A stretch of 60,000 bases of DNA from Amphiscolops sp. MND2022 (Eukaryota), in assembly GCA_964187785.1 (NCBI GenBank), contig OZ076409.1, positions 34,784,001 to 34,844,000 on the forward strand, read 5' to 3'. The position numbers were made by a program, and so were the translations under genes. Under the pieces are notes generated by a model. The model was not told the DNA's origin, made no database searches, and worked only from the letters and a program-made list of their open reading frames with translations. Below, piece by piece: positions 48,901 through 60,000 of this stretch (position 1 is its first letter; the number at the start of each line of letters is the position of its first letter).

Positions 48901-51900
48901 CTCCCACATGGGATCGTACAAGAAAAATCGAACATTGCGAAAAATTGAAGTAGGGAAGATTTCATGCCAAAAATTCTTTTTAACCACTAAAAGAGTCAAA
49001 AAGTGAAAGGGAGAGCCCTTGATGAAAACACTAACTTATGAAAAAAACCGAAAGTGCCAAAATTTGCAAAATTACGCAAAGGGTAACCTTTTATGCTGGA
49101 AATACGGTTTTTCAGGAACTAAAAGCTTTTTCAAAAACCAAAAAGGGGACTCCCAAGAAATTAAAAAATAATTGACTGTAAACTTTTACAGTGCAGAAAA
49201 CATCTCAATTGCCAAAAAACTTTGCAATCAAAAATGAAAAGAATTGCGCCAGAATTAAAATGTTTCGTTTTACTGTTTCTGGCTCACTGAAAACATCATA
49301 ATGTTTAAAAAACATAGGCGCGACAGCAGAAACGTTCAATGGTCTGAAGAAGGTGCTACAAAATGAGTATATCCCAAGGCATAAAACCCAGTGAACATAT
49401 CTAGTTTCAGATCAGGATATTTCGCTGAAGAACTAAAAGGAATGAATTTTTTTGAGAAAATGAAAAAAAATGTATTTTTGGCAGAAACGCGAAGGCGCCA
49501 TTCTTCATGATGAAAACTTTGATACTACAAAAAGTAGCCTATATCCTCGCCTAAACTTTGTGAGGAAGAATGGTTTTCGTATCTATTTCCAGTTCTGCTA
49601 TATTTTGGAAAAATCAGCTACATTTTGGAAAAATGGAAAAAATTCAAAAAAAATTGTTCATTACTTTATTTGCTGAAAAAAAGCAGAGCGAAAAAAGTTT
49701 CGACGTCACGTTTAGCCTAGAACGTAGCCTACATAAGCTTCGTAAAATCAACGAAAGCTTGAACCCGATATGCTTGAACGAAAGCTTGAGCCCCTGCACC
49801 CAGTTTCTAAAGGCTTTTTGAGTGGTGGTCCAGAAGACCAGCGACATGCCAACTATAGGAAGCAATAACAGACAAGAATAGTTCGGAGAGCATCCTGATA
49901 AGACACCCTCCATGAGACATGCTCCCACATGGGATCGTACAAGAAAAATCGAACATTGCGAAAAATTGAAGTAGGGAAGATTTCATGCCAAAAATTCTTT
50001 TTAACCACTAAAAGAGTCAAAAAGTGAAAGGGAGAGCCCTTGATGAAAACACTAACTTTTGAAAAAAACCGAAAGTGCCAAAATTTGCAAAATTACGCAA
50101 AGGGTAACCTTTTATGCTGGAAATACGGTTTTTCAGGAACTAAAAGTTTTTTTAAAAACCAAAAAGGGGACTACCAAGAAATTAAAAAATAATTGACTGT
50201 AAACTTTTACAGTGCAGAAAACATCTCAATTGCCAAAAAACTTTGCAATCAAAAATGAAAAGAATTGCGCCAGAATTAAAATGTTTCGTTTTACTGTTTC
50301 TGGCTCACTGAAAACATCATAATGTTTAAAAAACATAGGCGCGACAGCAGAAACGTTCAATGGTCTGAAGAAGGTGCTACAAAATGAGTATATCCCAAGG
50401 CATAAAACCCAGTGAACATATCTAGTTTCAGATCAGGATATTTCGATGAAGAACTAAAAGGAATGAATTTTTTTGAGAAAATGAAAAAAAATGTATTTTT
50501 GGCAGAAACGCGAAGGCGCCATTCTTCATGATGAAAACTTTGATACTACAAAAAGTAGCCTATATCCTCGCCTAAACTTTGTGAGGAAGAATGGTTTTCA
50601 TATCTATTTCCAGTTCTGCTATAATTTGGAAAAATCAGCTACATTTTGGAAAAATGGAAAAAATTCAGAAAAAATTGTTCATTACTTTATTTGCTGAAAA
50701 AAAGCAGAGCGAAAAAAGTTTCGACGTCACGTTTAGCCTAGAACGTAGCCTACATAAGCTTCGTAAAATCAACGAAAGCTTGAACCCGATATGCTTGAAC
50801 GAAAGCTTGAGCCCCTGCACCCAGTTTCTAAAGGCTTTTTGAGTGGTGGTCCAGAAGACCAGCGACATGCCAACTATAGGAAGCAATAACAGACAAGAAT
50901 AGTTCGGAGAGCATCCTGATAAGACACCCTCCATGAGACATGCTCCCACATGGGATCGTACAAGAAAAATCGAACATTGCGAAAAATTGAAGTAGGGAAG
51001 ATTTCATGCCAAAAATTCTTTTTAACCACTAAAAGAGTCAAAAAGTGAAGGGGAGAGCCCTTGATGAAAACACTTACTAACTTATGAAAAAAACCGGAAG
51101 TGCCAAAATTTGCAAAATTACGCAAAGGGTATCCTTTTATGCTGGAAATACGGTTTTTCAGGAACTAAAAGCTTTTTTAAAAACCAAAAAGGGGACTCCC
51201 AAGAAATTGAAAAATAATTGACTGTAAACTTTTACAGTGCAGAAAACATCTCAATTGCCAAAAAACTTTGCAATCAAAAATGAAAAGAATTGCGCCAGAA
51301 TTAAAATGTTTCGTTTTACTGTTTCTGGCTCACTGAAAACATCATAATGTTTAAAAAACATAGGCGCGACAGCAGAAACGTTCAATGGTCTGAAGAAGGT
51401 GCTACAAAATGAGTATATCCCAAGGCATAAAACCCAGTGAACATATCTAGTTTCAGATCAGGATATTTCGATGAAGAACTAAAAGGAATGAATTTTTTTG
51501 AGAAAATGAAAAAAAATGTATTTTTGGCAGAAACGCGAAGGCGCCATTCTTCATGATGAAAACTTTGATACTACAAAAAGTAGCCTATATCCTCGCCTAA
51601 ACTTTGTGAGGAAGAATGGTTTTCGTATCTATTTCCAGTTCTGCTATAATTTGGAAAAATCAGCTACATTTTGGAAAAATGGAAAAAATTCAGAAAAAAT
51701 TGTTCATTACTTTATTTGCTGAAAAAAAGCAGAGCGAAAAAAGTTTCGACGTCACGTTTAGCCTAGAACGTAGCCTACATAAGCTTCGTAAAATCAACGA
51801 AAGCTTGAACCCGATATGCTTGAACGAAAGCTTGAGCCCCTGCACCCAGTTTCTAAAGGCTTTTTGAGTGGTGGTCCAGAAGACCAGCGACATGCCAACT

Positions 51901-52842
51901 ATAGGAAGCAATAACAGACAAGAATAGTTCGGAGAGCATCCTGATAAGACACCCTCCATGAGACATGCTCCCACATGGGATCGTACAAGAAAAATCGAAC
52001 ATTGCGAAAAATTGAAGTAGGGAAGATTTCATGCCAAAAATTCTTTTTAACCACTAAAAGAGTCAAAAAGTGAAGGGGAGAGCCCTTGATGAAAACACTT
52101 ACTAACTTATGAAAAAAACCGGAAGTGCCAAAATTTGCAAAATTACGCAAAGGGTATCCTTTTATGCTGGAAATACGGTTTTTCAGGAACTAAAAGCTTT
52201 TTTAAAAACCAAAAAGGGGACTCCCAAGAAATTGAAAAATAATTGACTGTAAACTTTTACAGTGCAGAAAACATCTCAATTGCCAAAAAACTTTGCAATC
52301 AAAAATGAAAAGAATTGCGCCAGAATTAAAATGTTTCGTTTTACTGTTTCTGGCTCACTGAAAACATCATAATGTTTAAAAAACATAGGCGCGACAGCAG
52401 AAACGTTCAATGGTCTGAAGAAGGTGCTACAAAATGAGTATATCCCAAGGCATAAAACCCAGTGAACATATCTAGTTCCAGATCACGATATTTCGATGAA
52501 GAACTAAAAGGAATGAATTTTTTTGAGAAAATGAAAAAAATGTATTTTTGGCAGAAACGCGAAGGCGCCATTCTTCATGACGAAAACTTTGATAGCACAA
52601 AAAGTAGCCTATATGCTCGCCTGAACTTTGTGAGGAAGAATGGTTTTCGTATCTATTTCCAGTTCTGCTATATTTTGGAAAAATCAGCTACATTTTGGAA
52701 AAATGGAAAAAAATTCAGAAAAAATTATTCATTACTTTATTTGCTGAAAAAAAGCAGAGCGAAAAAAGTTTCGACGTCACGTTTAGCCTAGAACGTAGCC
52801 TACATAAGCTTCGTAAAATTAACGAAAGCTTGAATCCGATAT
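45911..52842. repeat. Tandem array of ~1021-1025-bp units (about 6.8 copies, highly identical)
   Basis: Units start at about 45911, 46936, 47960, 48984, 50005, 51026 and 52051; the same short ORFs recur at this period. Confidence 0.97.
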
Positions 52843-53706
52843 TTGGTCTCCGTCATGAGATATAGGAGCTCAGGTTTGAAAAACCCAAGAAAAATTTTTT
52901 GAAAAAATCAAGTATTTTTGGCAGAAAAACGAAGGTGTCCTACTTGATGACGGAAACTTTGTTGATCAAAAAAGTAGCCTCATCCATGCTGTTTTTCTCG
53001 AGAGAAAGCTTTCTGTATCTTCTATCACTTTTGAGAAATGTAGGCTACGAATGAGAAAAAAATTTTGACATTTTTTGATCTTTTTGCCCAAAAAAACCAA
53101 GTATGAATAAAAAACTTTGACGTCATTTCTAAACTAAAATGTAGCCATCGAAACGCTTGTACAATTTACGAAACCGTGGACCATGGATTTAGTTTCAGGT
53201 TTGAGATATAGGGGATCAAAGATGAAAAGCACTCGAAAATTGCGTTTTTTCAAAACTTCTTTGTAAAAAAACTCATGAAGCCGAATTTTCCCGAAAATTT
53301 TCGGCGAAAATTAGCCTAGGATCTTGCGTAACCTTTAGCGAAAACATGGTATCCATATTCATTCACGGTTTTGAGAAATTCGCCTCACAAGTTTGAAAAG
53401 TTGGCAGATGTCACGAAATCTGCGAAAAAAAATGTCACCATATGGACACCTCGCAAAGCTCGAGCACAATAAAATACTAGAAACCCAAAAAAAACGGAGG
53501 AGTGCAGTGCTACTTCCAGTTTTCCAAGGTTGCAATTGAATACCGAGGTTTATGGATTTTTCACTTTCAAAACGCATCTGATTTTTCCTGCTATGCTAAT
53601 TTTTCTTCGAACATTTGAAGCTAGTCGTTGAAAAACCAGATGTCTTGTGGAGAGATTCGCGGACCTGTTTACACGTCATACAGGAAGACCCGACCCGCGC
53701 AGTTGA

Positions 53707-54695
53707 CTAGATAACATTTGAACATCAGAAATGTGGCCAATATGTCCGTAATATTCGTGAGGTAGTCGTAAATCAAGAAAACATATCATTGAAACGTTAA
53801 AAACGGAGGAGCGCTGGACTTGTTTGTTCTACCTTTCCAATGTTTTTTCCCGACACATACATTTGGTATTCTTGACAAAAACGCTTTGGAGAATTTTCAC
53901 GACAAGGACAGAGGTTCTTAACATCGAACATTTGAAGGTATGACTTTGAAAAACCGAGACATCATTTAGAAAGACGCGCGAGGAAATTTACACAACAGAA
54001 AGAAACCCACGAAATTGTCTCGCTTACCAAAATCAAAATTCAACAACTCCAAACTGTCACGTTCGCTAGAAATGGAGTAAAGAGACGTAAATGTTAACTG
54101 GATATTTTGGAAGGCAAAATACTGGCAAAGGTTGAGATCCACGGAAAACGAAAACACCTGGAACTTTTGAGAACAAAAAAACGAACCCAATACAGGGCCT
54201 CGACTGCATGAAATAACTGGGAATACCACTGGATACCAGTGGAGCCGGTCCACAATTTATTGATATAAAAGAAAACCTGGACATGACCATGTTGAAGCCG
54301 AAGTTCAAAAAATGTCCAACAAAAATCACACAGTGAAAGTTCTGGATGTAAAAATACAGCTGAAAGAAGACGCGAATTTAATACAACAAAAAACCCATAA
54401 TGATTCAATTTCGAAAACCGGGAGAAAAAATCGAAAATGTAAAAAACAGAAAGGCCAAATCGAAAAGACCCAACTCGCGTAGTTCACTAGATAACATTTG
54501 AACATCAGAAATGTGGCCAATATGTCCGTAATTTTCGTGAGGTAGTCGTAAATCAAGAAAACATATCATTGAAACGTTAAAAACGGAGGAGCGCTGGACT
54601 TGTTTGTTCTACCTTTCCAATGTTTTTTCCCGACACATACATTTGGTATTCTTGACAAAAAACGCTTTGGAGATTTTTCACGACAAGGACAGAGG
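53707..54695 (+). repeat. ~210-bp direct repeats 780 bp apart, enclosing a degraded Gypsy protease-region fragment
   Basis: ACTAGATAACATTTGAACATCAG...GACAAGGACAGAGG at about 53707 and 54487; 54065-54365 is homologous to 56770-57066. Confidence 0.7.
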
Positions 54696-54893
54696 TGTCA
54701 ATCATCGAACTTCTGAAGGTATGACGTTGAGAAGCCGATACATACACAACAGAATGTAAGCCATGAAATTGTGTTGCTTACAGAGTGAACATCGGAAACG
54801 AAAAAAGTTCTGGTGATTGAGCATTTTGAGAAGTCGCTCTTAAGAAAAGTCCACGAAACCCTAGGGACGTAGCAATGTCACTAAACAAAATGA

Positions 54894-55141
54894 AACAAGA
54901 CTCCCCCAAAACACCGGGATATTTCCCGCTTTGTCGGAAAAACCGACGGAGGCGAGATTCGAACCCTGATTCGAATAATTGATAGGCAGATGCGCTACCA
55001 ACTGAGTCATAGTGCCTCAAATAGCAACCAACAGAAAGCAACTAATGTATGGAGATCATGGGGATTTGGCAGAAGTTGTAAAACAATGCAACACAGATTA
55101 TAATTTTCCTCTCCTACACAATGAACTGTGGGAGCGGAAAA
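54894..55141. mobile_element. Short interspersed repeat with an internal tRNA-like segment, copy 2
   Basis: Homologous to 41594-41845 (CACCGGGATATTT, AGGCGAGATTCGAACC, CTACCAACTGAG, GCAACACAGATTATAAT). Confidence 0.6.
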
Positions 55142-55387
55142 TAACAAACAGTTTGGCATCAAATGCTTAGACGAATTCGTCTCATAACTCAGTTACCGAA
55201 GACTGGGACTTATTTCGCCTGTGCTGATTTCTAGGCCTAAACTGCTATGAAATCTTTGACCTACATAAAGGGGCCTATTCGGGTATTGTATTGAAGATTC
55301 ATGTCGTCGTTGTAGAAAGAATTGAAAGAAGATTTTTTTGATGATAGGTTTGCCATTTATGTCTTGATCGGTAATGTAATGTCTCCC

Positions 55388-58300
55388 TGAAGTATAGCAT
55401 GACAGTCCACAAACTGTAAACTCAGCCTTCTTAAACTACATAGTCTGCTTTTTTCATTATTTTTTGTACCAACGAATCAAGTGCAGAAGAAGCGAGAGCT
55501 TACAGACAAATGTAAAAAGATACATTTCACTTTAAAATAATAAAATGTTTTCCTTTGGATAATGAATAGTAGAACACAACATGGCGCAGTCAGAATAACC
55601 ATTGAAGTTTGTCAGATTACCATACACCTGAAAAAACACAACCTACATTGGAAGGGAACATAAAAACACCCCAAGAAGCGAAGAAACAAAAATGACAACA
55701 GCGGGATCAACTGCTGCCCATTGACACAAGAATGCACCCAGAAACTCACAGATCCAACACAGGAACAAAAAGACCACGCCCCTGGTAGTTTGTGGTGGCG
55801 GAGGTTTGGGCAATTTACAGAGATGTCAAAAGGTATGGGGCTTTCGACAATGACAAACAGGAGAAACACTGCCACAATTACATGAGCAATTGGAAGCAGA
55901 GATAAAAATATATTTCTATGGACGATCACCCAAAACGATACAACCGGAAAGACAAAGACGGTCAGAGAAAACAAAACCAAGAGCACTACCGTTTTATAAG
56001 CTATATGCATTGTTTCGCGAATATTTTACTCCAGAGAGAAACGTGCAGTATAGAAGAGCAGATTATATTCGACCTTAAACGATCAAATGGAGAATCAGAC
56101 GCGGAAGTCTTGAAACGTATTTTGTAAGTGCAAAAGAACAGCGACTTTGAAACCATAACCGCAGCTGAACTACTAGCTTCCAAAAAGCTCTCCATAATCG
56201 TAAAATCGATTGGTGATCATTAGTGAAGAAGGAAAGTTAGAAAAATTGACCATTTTGATCAGGCGATAACCGACTCATACATCAGTACTTGTATGAAAAG
56301 ATAAATGACTGAGCGAGGGCAGAAAAAGAAATTCGCTAAATCAATAAAAAAGAATGCAAAACCCACAAAAGAACTAGTTGATCATTCAGCAAAACTCAGA
56401 GAATTGAACTGCAACATACGCGGAGCACCAAACTGGACAAGAAAGAACGAATACCCGGCAAAACGAAAAAATTGCTCAAAATGCAGAAAACCGGGCCTTT
56501 TCGCAAACTGTTGGCAATCCAGAGAGTGAGAATCATTTCCAGAAGAAACGAGTTGTGCGAGAGAAGACGACTGGTCACCAGATACCTTCCACTCAATAAT
56601 CCAAAAGTTCCGTTCAACGAACACAACGAACATCATTGGTCCGAAATTCTTCATGATAACCGCATTTGTCAACAGCCGACCAGTCAAATCTATCAAAGAC
56701 AGCTGTTCACCGTTAGCGTCAATACCAAATTCGAAATTCGAAAATAAACCACTCCAAACTCTCACGGTCTCTAGAAATGGAGTAAAGAGAATAAATGTTA
56801 ACCGCAAAAGTTTAGAAGGCAAAATACTGGCAAAGGTTTAGATTGACGGTAAACGAAAATTCCTGAAAACTTTGAGAACAAAAAAATCCAATTCCAGGCC
56901 TATACTGAATGAGATAGATAGGGATAACACTGGGTACCAATGGAACGAGTACAAAATTTTTTTATAGAAGAAGAACTGGACAATTCCATGTTGGAACAGA
57001 ATTAAAGAAAGCTGATGAATGGAAACCATACAAAAAGGTCCTGGAAGGAAACTACAGCTGAAAGAGNNNNNNNNNNNNNNNNNNNNNNNNNNNNNNNNNN
57101 NNNNNNNNNNNNNNNNNNNNNNNNNNNNNNNNNNNNNNNNNNNNNNNNNNNNNNNNNNNNNNNNNNNNNNNNNNNNNNNNNNNNNNNNNNNNNNNNNNNN
57201 NNNNNNNNNNNNNNNNNNNNNNNNNNNNNNNNNNNNNNNNNNNNNNNNNNNNNNNNNNNNNNNNNNGACAACAACTGGGATCTCGAGCAAGGCTTTGAGA
57301 GAAACAGGAAAGAGAATCTCGACAGATCTGCATTTGCTGATGACTGAGAGCACAAACGACCCAAACTTATCAAAAACGCTTGTTTGCCTTAAACGACCGC
57401 AGTATGAGATGATATCCGTAGAGGCCCATTTGAGCGAGAAATATCTATCAATCAGGGTCTGTCTGGCCTTCAAGACGATTTCGCTCACAGCACGCCATTT
57501 TTGCGGGCCAGTTGATGGAGTCAATCCAAAAGAAGTACAAAACCTGCATCGCGTTCAAAATGTCGTTTTCAAACCTTTTACGAAATATCGGAAAAAATGA
57601 ACTATCACCCCTAAATGGTGGCTCAACGAAGAAATTCAATTGGACTTCATTCAACAAATCAAGAAAAACAACCACCAAGTCTGTCTACTTTTGTCCTTTT
57701 GTCAGTTAAGCAAGTGGCCAGCGGACAAAGCTATCGAATTCACGGACTATCTTTCAGCGAATATGCTAAAAAAATGCAATACATTAAACACAGTATATAC
57801 ATAATCCCACAGGCCTGATGGAACGAAAAGTTGGAACATTGAATGAAAACCTACAGACTAATCTCAAAGCAGTTGACAGAGTTGGCAAAGCCTTGGACAT
57901 GTCCCGCATGGCAATGCGGAAAAAGTCACATACAAGGCTGGGAAAGGTCGCATTTCAACTTCATTATGCCTAAAACCCAATACGGAAAAAGCAATCTGTT
58001 GAAACTAGATCTTTCGGAAAAAAACTAGCAAAAAATCAATTTCAGCGAAACCTGTTACCTTGCAGGCATGCTCGTTCATGGAGCTGGCGGTGTGTATGAC
58101 CAGCTACCTTTGAAACCGAAGAAAAGCACAAAAGGAGGTAGTGAAAATTTTTTCTCTCCTTAGAAGTGTTTACTCTGGTAAACCACAAATAGGGCAGGAA
58201 ACATGCTATTTCTCTTTCAATCGGCCCGATGAAAGGAAGGAAATGTAGAAGTTAACCGACTTTTGAAAATGAACGAGCGAAACAACAGACGAACCGGACC

Positions 58301-59245
58301 TCGGGGACCCAACACCCGATCACGACATCACCATCAAAACACCGAGAACAAACGTAACGACCACCGAATGAGACATCAATAACGCAAAAAGAGAGCCCGA
58401 GGACGCCAGAGCTGACAGAAGCCGCGACAATACAGTAAGGCGGATTTGGTCCAGCCACACCAAAGCTGATCCGAACACAGCTCATTTCAAATTCCCACTT
58501 AAAATCACGGTGGAACACACCGGTAGTAGAAGACAGCACTGGCCCATTGACGTTCGTTACCGCTCATATGACGGACGCGGAGTTCAACTGTGTCGAACAA
58601 GACGATAAACACGTAGAAACAGTTTCAAATCAGACACGAAAACGGTAAGGTGGTTGAAAAGTTCACGTAATGCCGAGACGGGGAAGAAAAGAGGTCAGAC
58701 AACTCCGATTTTTTATAAAACTGGCAAGTGACTTGAGTTCAACTACCAACTAATAATTGATTTCAAACCTAAAGACGAAAACTGAGAATCCAGTATGTCA
58801 TTGGTGCTGGAAACACCGTCAGGAGGCTGAACTCAGAGGCTGAATGGGAATTCGAAAGCAACAGTCGACAACAAATAAACACTACTCAACGAACAGTTGT
58901 TACGGTCCAGTGAACAACGTGACACAAACAAAATCTGTAAATGGTCATCCGTTTACCAAACAATGCATCAGTGGATTAGCAAGCGTCACCAAAAATCCAC
59001 ATGCAACACCATTGACTGAACATCAGCCAGTAACGGAGAGGGAATGTAGCAGAGCGTGACATCTCACAAACTTTAATTTCAGACTGTTTAAGTTAAATAG
59101 TCTGCTATTCTTGATCAATGAATGTTGCCTGCCAACAAATGCAGAAGGAGCGAGAATTACTTATAATTTCAAAGAAATACAGTTCAGTTTAGTTTGATAG
59201 ATGTTCAAATGTTTTCACTTCTTTATGATACAGTAGCATACAGCA
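55388..59245 (+). mobile_element. Old, degraded Ty3/Gypsy LTR retrotransposon with short LTRs
   Basis: Diverged ~195-200-bp LTRs at 55388-55581 and 59045-59245; PBS TGGCGCAGTCAG at 55582; purine tract GGAGAGGGAA before 59045; knuckle remnant CSKCRKPGLFANC; protease-like SIKDSCSP; many stops; no clear TSD. Confidence 0.75.
57067..57266. other. Assembly gap (200 N)
   Basis: Run of N; adjacency across it is not guaranteed. Confidence 1.
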
Positions 59246-59647
59246 GTATCAGAGATCAAAACGCCGACTGAAATGCTGTTCTTAAACGAAAACAAGCCGG
59301 GAACGGTAAAGTTAGTGCCCCGGTCAAATTTCAAAAGTAAAGTTATTTAAATGTGCCATCAGGACACTATTGTTGAATACTGTTCAATTTGACAGTGCCG
59401 AAAGTTACCCAAAGGTATGCGCATAAGATTCGATAATCACTTTTTCCGCAACTGGAAACCTCGAAAAAACCCATCTTGCTCAACTTGAAACCTTTACAAA
59501 AACAAAAAATTCAGAAATTGATTTTTTTCTGAAACGCGTCTCCGGTGAGTCGCATAGTACCGAAAACCTCAAAGAGTCCTCTAGTCTCGCACCTTAATTA
59601 TAGTACACAAAAATTGGACCGATCGCGTTGAACTGACGAGAAAAAAT

Positions 59648-60000
59648 AACAAGACGAGATCGTCTAACGTCGGCGCTATATCTAAGGCTCAAAAAGCGCA
59701 AAATATTGAAATTTTTGAAAATTTATTTCTTTCGGAAAATGTCGCATATTTCCAAAAAATGTAAAAGGGGGACCTTTTTGGATTGTTTGAGATACATTTT
59801 GTTGCAAAATTTCAAAAACCTCGAGGGGGACCCTCTGGGGACTTTAAAAAAATTTCGAAAAAAAGTCGCACAGTGCCGAAGAAATCGAAAGGGGGGACCC
59901 TTTAGTCTCGTCCGGTTTTGTAGGTTATGTTAAAACAGTAAAACAATGGAAAGAGGGACCCTGAGTAGTTTTAGTAGTTTCTGTAAAAAGTGGACCGATC
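59648..60000 (+). mobile_element. DINE-1/Helentron-like repeat, cut by the window end
   Basis: AACAAGACGAGATCGTCTAACGTCGGCGCTATATCTAAGGCTCAAAAAGCGC; the body is the reverse complement of the copies in 2790-3743. Confidence 0.65.

Noticed and set aside
46400..52791. Repeated 68-109-aa ORFs as a tandem gene family
   Set aside because: They overlap on both strands, have no recognisable domain, and are broken by stops or indels in some units.
56838..57600. Long ORFs spanning 57067-57266
   Set aside because: Artefacts of translating through the N gap.

Overview
AT-rich, repeat-dominated eukaryotic (animal-like) genomic DNA. The centrepiece is a young 10.8-kb Ty3/Gypsy LTR retrotransposon (16749-27555) with 446-bp TG...CA LTRs that differ at about 5 positions, a CCTGC target-site duplication, and an empty copy of the insertion site at 30536-30540. 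It encodes gag and, through a -1 slippery site, pol (PR-RT-RNaseH-IN); the 5' part of pol carries three frameshifts and a stop. Its cargo is unusual: (i) a TARG1/OARD1-type macrodomain fused to the integrase C-terminus with the catalytic Lys and Asp retained; (ii) an intact antisense JmjC Fe(II)/2-oxoglutarate oxygenase ORF with the full T/H-x-D/K/H signature and a basic tail; (iii) four ~180-bp units in which two conserved boxes flank unrelated 62-63-nt spacers; (iv) a small antisense membrane-protein ORF and two short sense ORFs. The rest of the window holds a ~104-bp satellite with higher-order structure, a ~3-kb segmental duplication, a ~1.02-kb tandem array, DINE-1/Helentron-like repeats, MITEs, a dead Tc1 element, a LINE RT fragment, an old degraded Gypsy element spanning an assembly gap, and the last two exons of a host gene for an acidic low-complexity protein. 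All calls were made by eye from motifs; no searches were run.
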